Assembly (NCBI GenBank): GCA_965153285.1
Contig: OZ229110.1
Origin: Podarcis tiliguerta
Taxonomy: Eukaryota
DNA: 64,000 nucleotides
Strand: one strand, 5' to 3'
Position numbers and translations under genes: made by a program. The notes beneath the pieces were generated by a model, which was given only the letters and a program-made list of their open reading frames with translations, did not search any database and was not told where the DNA came from. Shown piece after piece: positions 23,401-36,010 of this stretch. The first letter of the stretch is position 1; each line of letters begins with the position of its first letter.

Positions 23401-24715
23401 CCATACTTCTTTCAATAGTAGGTTGAGTCATTTATCTTCACTGAAATCCTGTAAATTAGGTGTACCTGAAAATCTGTGATTTCCAAAAGCTATCCAGTCA
23501 GTGAGGTTTTGAACCTAGGATTGCCCAGTCAAACTCAACTACAACCAGAAAACTTAAATCTGTAGAGGTGGTAGCTTCTCTGAAGCTCTGAGCCATTAGC
23601 TTTTACTTTTACCAAGTTTCAATTTAAAACAAAGAGTAGCTCTTCATCAGCTATACACAGGGCAATGCCGCATACGCAATGGTTAAAGTCCATCGCATTT
23701 GCCATAAAAAAGTACCATATGCAAATTGCATATTTTTGGTGACATGCTCAGAAGTAACGCTCAACTGAAAATCTGACCGCAGTTAAAGGTTCTTGTGCAG
23801 TGTTGGCAAGTGCACCACTGTATTCTGCTCATACTATCATATTCCTCCCATGCCAAATTGACTGTTTACAAACTTTGCTAGATTTTGAATGCTCACTGCA
23901 GCCAACCGCAGGAATCCAGCCTCTTCAGAAAAGGAATATAACAAATCGGATCCTTTTAAATACCAGTTGGTGGAAGAAACAAACCTGATTCCCAACAGAC
24001 AAACTATTCAAAGCTCTGCAAATACCAAAACCACATGTGTACACACAACTGGAAAAGGTAAGTTTAATATGGTACAGTCCATCATCATTTTACCAGGATG
24101 CATAATTACTACCTTTCGTTCGTTTGCATGGCTTGTCTACTGGGAACATGAAGGTGTATTTATTCTCCCACAAACAGAAATCCTCCATGTCTCTTCTATT
24201 TCAAGCAAGAGGAGTAAGAGTAATATACAGGTGCTTTTTGGATAAAGGTGTGACATACTTACACGTGTATCAACAACCAAGTCAGATATTAATAGTCCAA
24301 GTTTAACATGGAACTCTCCCATTAGAAGGCTATTTTACACTACATGAGCATGCAACATTTCAACTGGAAACTTGGTGATTCTTCCTAAAACATTAGCTAT
24401 TCATTTGTTCAATGACAGATACAAGACATCACAGCCTAAAAGAGAAATTCTTCTGAGAAAAGAAAAACCACAAAGCGTCTTAAACTGTACTATAAAACAA
24501 AGTGAGAATAGCTGTTTCCACTGTTTTTCTTTGGGACACCCATCAGATGCTAACATCACGGCACGAGGAATTCTAGGAACGATAACAATGACTGCATGGG
24601 GTTTATATCAAAATGTTGAATCATCAGTCTGAAGAATAAATGATGGCATGATTTCAGCTCCAAAACAGTTGCACAGAATGAATACACAAACACACACTCA
24701 TAGCAGAGCTTGGGG

Positions 24716-24738
24716 TGTGTGTGTGTGTGTGTGTGTGT
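24716..24738. repeat. (TG)n microsatellite
   Basis: About 11 units read directly. Confidence 0.95.
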
Positions 24739-24943
24739 AGTTAATATGATTTTCAAAGCCAACTCAAATGGAAACGTCTATAAATAGAAGGCAAAATGTG
24801 AACATAACAGGGTTTAATAGGGGAGCCATAAGCCCAGATATAAACCCTGACATGTTACACAAACATTATGGTTTATTTCAAGGTTGTTGGAAACTGTATC
24901 CCAATTTGACTATGTAACAGGTACATGGTTTACCACTCCAGTA

Positions 24944-25169
24944 CAGTGGTACCTTGAGTTAAGTACTTAATTCGTTCCAGATGTCCGTTCTTAACCTGAA
25001 ACTGTTCTTAACCTGAGGCACCACTTTAGCTAATGGGGCCTCCTGCTGCTGCCGCGCTGCCAGAGAATGATTTCTGTTCTCATCCTGAAGCAAAGTTCTT
25101 AACCCGAGGTACTATTTCTGGGTTAGCAGAGTCTGTAACCTGAAGTGTATGTAACACGAGGTACCACTG
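24944..25169. mobile_element. Tc1/mariner-type MITE, family A (226 bp)
   Basis: TA|cagtggtaccttgagtta...taacacgaggtaccactg|TA. Confidence 0.9.
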
Positions 25170-28100
25170 TAATCATGATTTTTTCTCTTATCCACACGCT
25201 GATGATGGTCAGGGGTGTAATGGGCAACACTGGTCTCTGTTCCTCTTTCCTTTCCTCCCTCCTCTGATGCCCTCTAGCATCTCAAAAGCTTGCACAACTG
25301 TTTGTTGCAGCAGCCCTAGCTACAAGCTCCCCAGGTGAATGGTGTCTCTGGTGCTGGTCAGGGGGTGCTTCCCATGCCCCTGTGGGGCAGTGGGAGGGGG
25401 CACCTCTCTTTGGGGCAGGGGGGCAGCTCAGAGACCAGAGAAGGCATCTGTGGCTGGCCAAGGAGAGGGGAGAAGAGAGGAGGCTGAGGGAACACTCCAC
25501 AAGCGTGTTCAAAAAAGGGTGAGGGGCTTCTCTCAGTTGGCAGGGGGGTTGGGGCAGAATATAGCAAGAAACCCCAAAGTGAGTCATTTTGGGGCAGGGT
25601 TGGGGTGGGATCCCCCAAGGGACCCAATCGTTGGTTCCTAATCTGCAACAACCCTTGATCTGATGCAACACGCACACGCACCCTTTTCTTTCCTGATTGA
25701 CAGTAGCCGGGGGGGGGGGGGGTTGGATACAGTGGCTCTGCTGTTTCAGTTGTCCCAGGCCCATTCAGACAGCTCTGCCCATTCTCATCTTGCTGACATG
25801 TGAGTCTGCACCAGTTCCTCTCCTATACACACTATCAGGTATGCAGAGGAACACACTGGGAGGGGTGGGGGGAGGGAATGTTGCATTCAGAGTCTGCAAC
25901 ATCCATATGGTTTTCAGTCTAAATACTCTCATACCTACTGCTTTCTCAGTCTTCCTAAGCATGTGATGAAAAAGATACTTAAGTTGATTGTGGCACGAGT
26001 TTTCACATGCAGCATCAGCCTAAGGTTAGTTTCAGCTGGGTTAAAGATGCTTCTGTACTGAATTGTGGAACCTTTTTTGCTACTAAAATCTAATACTGAT
26101 ATTATTCCAAGACCAACAGTGTACAGATTTGATTAAGAATTCACTAAGCAACTACCAGCATAACAGAATACTTCAAAGAAATTAAAATACATGTTAAAAG
26201 AAGATTTGGCAATGATAAGATTTTTTTTTTAGGCGAAGGCATTGCTCAAGAACTGAAAATGCTGAGCAGAAACAGGCTCTCTGTCTCCCTTATCACAGCT
26301 CATTTATTGGTTCTTAAATACACTGCCCCTCCTCTCTCTCTTCTGCTCTTTTCAATCTTCACTATGCTGTTAGCCACCAACATTACTATCAGCTGATTTA
26401 AGTTATAAACACCACTATCCAAAGATCACAGTAGAGAATAATAGAAGTGCATTTTTAGAGAGATTGGGATATTTCTCAAATTGAAAATGAAAACTCAGTA
26501 TAACAGGATAAGCTTTTTCTCTTCAGCTTGCACTTATGCTTGGAGAACTCATAACTAGTGGAACTTGTTTTCTGGGAATCATTCAACACAAAGCTTTCCG
26601 AAATGCCTTAAGGGACAGGAGATAAATCAGGAAGTAGTAAAGTGTCAAACCCAAAAGTAGGATTAACACTAACCTACAGAAAAGAGATCAGAATACTATG
26701 CAAAGATTTCATTCAGACATATTACTCTCATGGGTAGCTGTGTTAAATTCATGTTTTAATTCTAAATATTTGTGTGATTCTCCTGACTGGAATGAACATC
26801 AAGGATTCACTGAAACCGTGAAAAGGTCTCACTGAAACTGTTGGGATTTAAAAGTGCTTACCATTCAGCTGGTTCAAGACTATGTACATCTGGTCTATTC
26901 CTAAATCTCCGGGCAGAAAGTGCTGAGCATCACAGACAACTGAAAGTCTTGCTGCTACAGACTGAACAATTTTAAAGTTGTACAGAAGTATGGGACATAA
27001 ATAGCTCAGTTTATTACTGCCAAGACTGCTCCCATTTTATACTATATACAGCAGGGGACTGCACATTCTTTTCAGTGGCCTGGCCTTTTTAGATTTTCTC
27101 TTCACAAAATCACCTCCCTCCCCCTTATATGAAGTCCAGTTCTCATGTTCATTTTTGCCATGCAAAATCACTGCAGTGGTGGCTTTTAGTCACTTATTTT
27201 TTAGTTAATATATGTACTGTCAATTATTGTGATAGATGTATTATGTCTACTGTTTTTAAGGTCTGGTTTTATTGCTATTTTAGTTTATCATATGATATGC
27301 AACATGCTTATATTTTTAGAATTAAGTGGTGTGCATACACACACACACACACACGTATATACATAATGTTTGCAGTTCCCACCCTACCCTGAGGTGGTTG
27401 CTGAGAGGCAGTGCATAGGGGCTGAAAGGGGACTTGGCAAAGATTGACTCCCGCTCCCTTTCTCAAATGTGCTTCCTCTCCTGGATCTCTGTGTAAATGG
27501 AAGAGGACTTTCCATCCATGGAACAGACCATCTCGAACCAGCCCTATGCTTCTAATGTGTCATGAATGATGACTCCAACATTAAAATAAAAGAACTAAGT
27601 AAAAGAGCACACAAAACTTATTAATTTATACACTGGCCCACAGCCTCCTAGGAGACTAAGGATGACATCCTCAATTGTCTGCTTAAAATAAATGGCATAG
27701 TGAAGTGTTTTATCAGGCAGTGCCCTATTTCCATTTCACCAAGCGTCCAATGACGCTTCTCCTCATAGCAGACCTTTAATATCTTATTTCCATAGTCAGT
27801 TTTTTTCCCCCACACAGAGAAAGGGTACCAGATTTGCCTTAAGGCATCATTTATAACTCTGGGCTCAAGTGCACAATTACTTCTTAACAATAGTGGGGGA
27901 GGCAGTTGTAAGCTCCTAGCCTACCTATAACCTAAGCAACATCTCAGAGAGAAAATATTTCAGAGATAAAAACACAAGAGCCTGGTCTGTTGGGAGTTGT
28001 TAGGAATGGAAGAAATCACCAAAAAGAGCATTTTATGAAGAAAAGAGAAAGACTGCAGAACTATATCAGCACTTACGCTACAATGTGAAAAAATGCCAGA

Positions 28101-28539
28101 ATACCTAAGAATTCCTGAGCTTCCGTCACTGTAATAAAGCCCTGCCAAGATATTTGCTAGGCTGGAATTCTGCTGGTTTAATATAAATCAAAAGAGAAGC
28201 CTATTAATTATTGAAGTCATTTCTGCACCATGCTGCAGTTCAAAAATTTTCCAAAGTAGTTTGCAATAACTCATAAAACAAATAGTAAAAGTTGGATCAC
28301 ACACACACACACACACTCCACTCATGAACCGTATTGACTTTTTTTTAACATGGATGTAGAAATGATGAAATGGAAGGTGCATGGACATAGCCAGCAGTGA
28401 TTTCCATAATAACAACATGATCTAAAAGCAAATATTTGATGTATATATAGTGTGGAATGATTTTGTTTCATATACAGATCAGGGACATATGCAGCTACGT
28501 TTATCAGAGGCTTTCCTCAGATTATGTAAAATAGGCTAC

Positions 28540-30033
28540 ATCAGCCCAAGATAGGAAAAGAGGTAGTAAGGGAACACCTAGCTACTTTAAATGCATTCAA
28601 ATATTCAGGGCCTGATGAGCTGCATCCAAGGGTACTAAAGGAGCTTGTGCATGTTATTTCAGAGCCTTTGATAATTATCTTTGAGAATTCTTGGAGAACA
28701 GTCCCTACAGACTGGAGATGGGCAAATGCTGGCCCCTACTTTAAAAGGGGGGGAGGAAGACGCAGGTGAGTTTGACATTGATACCAGGAAAGGTCCTAGA
28801 ACAGATAATTCAACAGTCAGTCTGTGAGCATTTAGAAAAGGATACTGTGATTTACAAAGACCCAGCATGAGTTTCTCACAAATAAGTCATGCCAGACCAA
28901 TCTCTTTTTTGATGGAATTACAAACTTGTCCGCCCTGATATTCTGGCGAGGAAGCTGGTAAAATGTGGGTTGAACGAGGTAACTGTTAGGTGGATTTGTA
29001 GCTGGTTGACTGACCAAATCCCAAGAGTACTCATTAATGGTTCCTCGTCATCCTGGAAAAAGTGACAAGTGGGGTGCTGCAGGGTTCTGTCCTCGGTCCA
29101 TTGTTGTTTAACATCTTTACAAATGACTTTGTAAAGTCATTTGTAATTGAGGGAATGCTCATCAAATTTGCAAGTGACACCAAACTGGGGCGGCGTCTAG
29201 CTAATGCTGCAGAAGACAAGCAGAATTCAAAATGACACTATAGATTGGAGAACTGGGCACAAGCTAACAAAATGAACTTCAATAGGGACAAATGTAAGGG
29301 TCTGCACTTAGTCAGGAAGAACCAGATGCACAAATATAAGATGGGAGATACCTGGCTTACTAGCAGTACATGTGAAAAGAATCTAGGGGTTTTGGTGGAC
29401 CACAAGCTGAACATGAGTAAAAAATGTGATGCAGCAGCAGGAAAAAAAAAGCTAATGCTAATCTAGGCTGCATCAATAGAAGTATAGTGTCCAGATCAAG
29501 GGAAATAATAGTACCACTCTATTCTGCCTTAGACCACACTTGGAATACTGTGTCCAAATCTGGGCACCACAATTTCAGAAAGATGTTGACAAGCTGGAAC
29601 GTGTGCAGGGGGGCCACCAAGATGATCAAGGGTCTGGAAACTAAGTCTTATGAGGAGCGCTTGAAGGAGCTGGGTATGTTTAGCCTGGGAAGGGGGAGAC
29701 TGAAAAAAGATATGATAGCTATCTTCAAAAATCTTAAGGACTTTTACATGGAGGAGGGAGCATGCTTGTTTTCGCCTGCTCTTGAGGGTAGGACTCCAAT
29801 GGCTTCAAGCTGCAAGAAAGGAGATTCTGACTAAACATTTGGAAAAACTTTATGACAGTTAGAGCTGTTCAGCAGTGGAACAGACTCCCGTGAGATGTGG
29901 TGGACACTCTTTCCTTGGAGGTTTTTAACCAGAGGTTGGATGGCCATCTGTCGTGGATGCTTTAGCTGAGATTCCTCATTGCAGGGGGCTGGGCTAGATG
30001 GCCCTTGGGATCCCTTCCAACTCCATGATTCTA
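28540..30033 (+). mobile_element. CR1 LINE, 5'-truncated, decayed ORF2 (reverse transcriptase and C-terminus) plus 3' UTR
   Basis: Translates to SGVLQGSVLGPLLFNIFTND (~29068-29127), IKFASDTKLG (29161-29190), WAQANKMNFNRDKCK, EKNLGVLVDHKLNMS and YEERLKELGMFSL; ends in cccttccaactccatgattcta; has frameshifts and stops. Confidence 0.92.
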
Positions 30034-30911
30034 AATGCTATAAAACTGCAACATCATGATGAAGCATACAGAAAACCGTCAAGTTGCCAATGGATCTTAA
30101 GTTTATGGCTACCTACTTTTGAAGAGGAAAAAAATGTTAAACATGGCATCATCACCATCTGTTAATAATTACATTACTTCTTATTTTGTCTTGATGTTGC
30201 TTGTTGTTCTTTAAAAAAAATCTCCAAACAAACAACTGTACAAGAACTAACAATTGCCACCCGATTTCAGAGGTTTTTGCTGGCAATATCAAAGTAGTGA
30301 CTGTCTCACACATTTCTCTACATGATAACAAGCACACCCAAAGCAATGCAAACACACAGCTGAAATCATTCTCCTGGGGTTGCTTGGAAGCAAATGTTTG
30401 GTTTGGGAAAGGGACTGCTGCACAATTCCCCCGCCCAGCTGTTCCTAGATGTGTAGCCAGTACACAGCAGATGCCTGCCACTGCCTCCTGCACTTATTGC
30501 AGAGTTTTCTTTTAAAATGCACTGAACCTGCATTATACAGTACCACCCAGTTTGTTAACAGCCACATAGAGACCAACACCAAATACACACATAATTTATA
30601 TGGAAGACTGAAGTGTCGCAGCTGTGACAGAGTGAGAGCCAGGAGTCATTATGAAGCTGCTAGTGGGCAGCAGCTGGGATCCAAATCCCATACATATTTG
30701 CAGACAGTTTCTGGAATTGCGATCAAATTGGTCTCGGTCAGTCAGGCCTATCTGAGTATACCCTGAAGCAGTATGCAGAAACTCAGTGACTGTCCATCAA
30801 GCAAGGTAAGAGTTACATCAAGATGAGAGAGGGAACGAACAGGTAGGGGACACCGCTCCAGATTTTTGTAGCATGGCTGCTCACATTGTCCACCACCGGC
30901 TGGGCCACCCA

Positions 30912-31600
30912 GGTTATTTATTCATTTAATAACATTTCTATACCACTTGATTGTAAAAAAACCTCAAAGCGACAAATGAAGAAAATCAAGGGGGGTGGGG
31001 AAACTACAATAATACTTCAAGATTTAGATAAAGGTAAAGGGACCCCTGACCATTAGGTCCAGTCGTGACCGACTCTGGGGTTGCGGCGCTCATCTCGCTT
31101 TATTGGCTGAGGGAGCTGGCATACAGCTTCCGGGTCATGTGGCCAGCATGACTAAGCCGCTTCTGGCGAACCAGAGCAGCACACGGAAACGCTGTTTACC
31201 TTCCCGCCGGAGCGGTACCTATTTATCTACTTGCGCTTTGGTGTGCTTTCGAACTGCTAGGTTGGCAGGAGCAGGGACCGAGCAACGGGAGCTCACCCCG
31301 TCACGGGGATTCGAACTGCCGACCTTCTGATCAGCAAGTCCTAGGTTCTGTGGTTTAACCCACAGCACCACCCGTGTCCCATACTTTAAGATGTACAAAG
31401 GTTTAAATACAAAATGGATTAAAATTACCTCAACTTTCTAAACATCTGGGTTGGCTTGTCTAAACACGAATGATTTTAGCAGGTGTCAAAAGGAGTACAG
31501 TGAAGGTGCTTGCTTGATCTAAATAGGCTGGGAGTTCCAGTGTGCAGCTGCTGCCACAGTAAACAACTGAGTTCTTACAAACGGGGAATGGGTATAATGT
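30912..31600 (-). mobile_element. L2 3' end relic hosting the 31029 Sauria SINE
   Basis: ttatttattcatt...tttctataccacttgattgtaaaaaaacctcaaagcg on the left; gttggcttgtctaaac...ggctgggagttccag on the right of the SINE. Confidence 0.55.
31029..31380 (-). mobile_element. Sauria SINE, full length
   Basis: Reverse complement of the copy at 56958 (roughly 93% identical by eye, mostly CpG transitions); degenerate TSD atacttcaagatttaga/atactttaagatgtaca. Confidence 0.92.
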
Positions 31601-33244
31601 TGCACCAGTAGGTTGTTTTCTGACCACCTGAAAACTTATACTAGTTTATATATTCATCTGAGTCTGGTTTAGCACAAGTTTACATATGTGGCCAAGAGTC
31701 TACTATGAATGAAACAATGCAGTTTAACTGGTCTATCATATGTTGGGATGGTGTCTTTCTTGCATCAAATTTACAAGACCTGCTCCCACTGAAAGGTAAC
31801 TTGACTCTTGCACTCAAAACAGCAACAAGCAAAACAAAAGGCAATTTGCTTCACCTGTAAATTGGGTACAAGTCAGGCACAGAGTCTAGCAGAAAGCCGC
31901 CTAACAACAGGATACCCATTTTGTGAGGTGTCATCATCATTACCAACATTTTTAATAAAAGAATTTAGATACTGCCTTTCATTTTGAGAATGCCAAGGTG
32001 GTTCACAAGCAAATAAAAACAAGCAAGAATAAAAGGAACATACTTGGGGATTCCAAGTATACAACAATTTTAAAAGCTTTTCAGAATGTTTTGTGGTCTG
32101 CCTCCCTGGCTTCTTTGGGAGGAAAGGGAGAATAGAAATGTAACAAACATGCCACAATAGCCAGTCTCCACTAGGGCACATTTCCATCTAGATTTACATA
32201 CAGGAATAAGGTACATTGCTAATTTTACAATGTCAGGCTTTCCTGGTGGCCTGTCCTCATATAGGGGATACCAGTATGGATACAAGACTGATCTGCCTAG
32301 CAGCCTAAAATCATCACAAGTCCAGTTTCAAGCAACGGGGACACAATGTGATTGTATTTCCTATGGGAAACTGGAGAATCTGAGCAGATTTCAGCCAGGT
32401 AGACAAAGCAAACTGTAGAGGAGACCGCAGGTTTTTATCCCAGGGAACAGGAGCATGGACAGAGAGACTTCAAAGAAAGTCTCCACCTGCAGGATAAGGA
32501 AGGGAAAGCACTTGGAACATCAAGCAAAAGAAGTCTGGAATTGCTGGAACATTATTCTTTGACTTGCAAAGTCTTTGCTGTGTTTGCCATCACAACAATC
32601 CCTCTGAGATAGTTACTGTTCCCGTTTTTGTACGCAATACTTGCTGCAGACCACACAGCAATGTGGGTTTGAAACTAGTCCCAATTTACAGTCATTGAAC
32701 AATAACTCTGTTGTTACACACACATACATATGGGGGGGGGGGAGGGAGAGAGATGTTTTAAAAACCTGACTGTTCAAAATATCCTTATTGTTGTTAGATG
32801 TTTTGACTAATAAGTGAATATAAGTGTAGTAAGTTGCACAAGAAAAAGCATTTTTTTAAAAAAACCTTCTGACACTCTACTTCCACAGTAGAGAGCAATT
32901 TTAATTGTGTATTTAGATTATTTACCGGTATTTCATTTATATACTGCCATTCCTTCTAAGGACCCCAAGGTTGCCATCTGTCAACTGCACACATCCACCC
33001 CCTAAAATGTGTTATTACATTGAAAATCAAAGTAATAAAAGTCAGATTTCATTCATTGTTCCAACTTCAATTCGGTGCTGTACTCACGGCATTTCAGCAA
33101 GGAGAATTCTTACGCCAGTGTTGCAAAGATTCAGTCACCTACTCAAATAAAAATCTCAACGTTCCTCCTTTGCTACTCTCCCTTTACCCACCACATGAAG
33201 ACCATCCTTATTCGAAGTGCAAAAAAGAAGAAGAATATTCCTAC

Positions 33245-33298
33245 CTTGCCAGGTCCCTAGGCCAAAGCATTTCTCCACTTTGCTGCCCATGAAGAACT
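33245..33298 (-). CDS. NAV2: Candidate NAV2 alternative exon (54 nt, phase 2/2): (R)VLHGQQSGEMLWPRDLA(S); internal ATG at 33270 may start a short isoform
   Basis: cccctttctctag|A GTT CTT CAT GGG CAG CAA AGT GGA GAA ATG CTT TGG CCT AGG GAC CTG GCA AG|gtagga. Frame-preserving and stop-free between the exons at 52993 and 20452. MLWPRDLA resembles the MLWPRNLT start I recall for a short human NAV2 isoform (recollection, unverified). Confidence 0.7.
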
Positions 33299-33660
33299 CT
33301 AGAGAAAGGGGCCAGATTTATTTTACAGGTTGACACCTTCATTTGGCTGCCATCAAAACACTCCAGCAGGAAGGGGTAAAAAAAAAAAAGAGTTTAGGAT
33401 CTTGGGATGCCCGGTGACACACAGGAGAAAACAAGGCTGCTTCTCTCAACAGCACACACAGTGGCTCCGCACGAGGCTGGGAAAGAAGCAAGCTAGCTAG
33501 AAGGTGAATACTATAAACGGCCCTAGAAAGTAATCTGATCCCTCTGTGAAATTAACCTCTGAAATGCTGGGGGAGAATGAGACCGAGCCATTTCCCCGGG
33601 ACTAGGTCAGCTGCGGAAGAGTTTCGACACGCCTGGCTTTCAAGAGGCAGACAAGGTTGT
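33299..33660 (-). promoter_or_regulatory. Candidate internal promoter / 5' UTR upstream of the MLWPRDLA exon
   Basis: Apparently non-repetitive segment with locally retained CpGs (ccgg, ccgcacg, accgag, ccccggg, tgcgg, ttcgacacg) directly upstream of the ATG-bearing exon in transcript direction. Inference only. Confidence 0.3.
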
Positions 33661-35961
33661 GCAAAGCCTTCAGATCAGATACAGTAACTCTGTTACCCTC
33701 ATGTGGGCAGCACAATCTGATCACAGCTAGCAGACCTCAGTCTGCAGAGAACAAACAAACCAGACCACATAATCCTAACCTAGTCTGATTTAAAACAGGT
33801 CTGATACACTTCTCAACATTTCCAGTGGATTTTATCAGGTTGTGCCCAATGTAACCTTTCTTTTTTTCTCCGTAGAGAAAAAGCTGTAGAGAAACATTAT
33901 TTTGGATTTTGAAGAAAAGGTCTCAAAAGCAGAGATTCTTGCCTTCTTGGAACTTCTGTGAAGGGCAAACAATACAATCAGAACTGGCCCTCTCAAACAC
34001 TGAAATCACTGTACAAACACTTGCATTTGAATACACTAAATTCCTTTAATATTTTCGTTTGTTAGAACATAACTGATATGTTGCCCAGTTGCCTTGCACA
34101 ATACCATACATCTGGCCTTTTATGGACACAACGCACAGAGAACACATACTTGATTGCTATAATTTGAGTAAGCGATATAAACCGTACTGGAAAAACCACA
34201 AGGTAGTACAGCATCAGGCTGAAGCATTGGTTTGATCCGAGTCAGAATATGTATTATTATTGGCTCATGCAAGCAAAGTCCCTGGTTTAATTTGCTAGTT
34301 TCACATTCTGCTTGCCAGTTCTTTTGCGGGCCACAGACCCCGCTAGCCACAGGTATGGCCGCAATAAGAATGGGCCCTGTGTGTGTGCATCTATTGAAGT
34401 TCTCTAGAATTGTCCTCACTGGTGTAGAGGATCCTTCCTTACATGAAGGAACTCAACACACATCTCTTTCATGGTCACCCAACAAGTGGAGGAAGTGTGA
34501 CCATTGCATGAGAGGATTGATTTGAACTCTTCTGTTATTGACTGCAACACATTTAACAATTTTCCTTGAAAACTGAGACACTGGGATGAAAAAGTGAGCA
34601 CATTCATGGCAAAGTTCTTTATCATAATCATAATTAAGGCATTTGAAGTGTGGATTGTTGAACACTGTGCTGTTCATCAGAATTAACATTAATTCATTTT
34701 TACAAATAGCCCAAAGCAGGCCTGAATCACCTGTGACACAGCAGCCTGACTGCAGCCGACCAGACTTGTAATTATGGTGTTGAGGTGCTTGAAAACCTCC
34801 CTGTGGCTGCCATATGCAATTGGTGAGTTTTGTTTGGCTTGTCAGGTTGCAAGGCCTGACTTAGCCAACACCTTGCACCTGAGATGAATACCCCTGAGGT
34901 ATGCCAAGCTTATTAATACACAGATTTTGGAGTGCTTTGCATCCTTTTTTTGTAACATTTGGTTTCCAAGTGAAAATTGGTGGAGAATAAATCAAAACCC
35001 GTAACCTTTAGAAAACAAAAAATAGAGAACACAGGTCATTAAAAGCCCTTCACATTTCTCATTTTTATTTCCATACTTAGGCAGTAATGGCTGGTTCTTT
35101 TCCTAGGGTTGCTTGGCTTAGAACTATTTCTCCAAAGACTGAGAAATAGCTTGGTTTATTCCCCAAGTGATCTGAATTGTGTTTTTGCCCACCCTCACCG
35201 CTTCTACACAGTCACAGTCCATCAACCAGTTCTCCAAACTTCTTCCACCTTTCCTCTAAGTCCACTTACTTTGCAGTGGCAAGAAGCAACAAGCAGGAGG
35301 AAAAGAAGCCATCTCTCCCCTCTGGCATCTGTTATTTAATACCACAGGTGCAAACAGGCTCTGGAAAATGTAGTTTCCCCCAGGTACGGGACCTGTATTG
35401 TCACGTGTGAAAGGGGGACAGATCTCCCTCCCTTTCCTTCTGCTGTCCGAAAATAAGTGGTGTAAGGAAGACAATAGGGCCTTGGGGGTAGGGTGGTTCA
35501 AATTGAAAGGGGGAAATTTAGATTAAAATCAAACCTGTACAATAATGCAGAGGGTCGTAATGATTACCTCATATCTGAGGAATGCAGTACAAGCTTGCAA
35601 GCTTAATATTTCCGAGCCAAATACAAGTTTCAATAGTGTCATTAGCTTACTTGCTAGCACAGGAGCAAGAATTCCCCTGCAAAAAAGGATGGGGGAAATT
35701 TGGCAGCTTTGGGCAAATAATGGTGCATTCTAATAATTCAGGAGGAAGGTTGCATTTGAATTCTTATAATTGGAGCGACACTGTGGATGAGGTGCCTGAC
35801 AGTTTTTTCTTTTTTTTTACACACACACACACAATTTGCTGCCACTGGCAATGCTGATAGTAGCCTTCCTAATTAAAAAAACAGATTGTGTCAATGGGAA
35901 TGACACTGCATCATGATGTAAAGCAATTCCTAGGGGCACTGGCTGCTCCCATACACCCCCA

Positions 35962-35963
<2 letters not shown>

Positions 35964-36010
<47 letters not shown>
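35964..36010. repeat. (AAT)n microsatellite
   Basis: About 15 units; source of the poly-I and poly-L ORFs. Confidence 0.95.

Noticed and set aside
29245-29834. RT-related ORFs as a possibly active or domesticated retroelement gene
   Set aside because: Frameshifts, stops, internal deletions and a mutated catalytic motif (FASD instead of FADD) indicate a dead CR1 copy.
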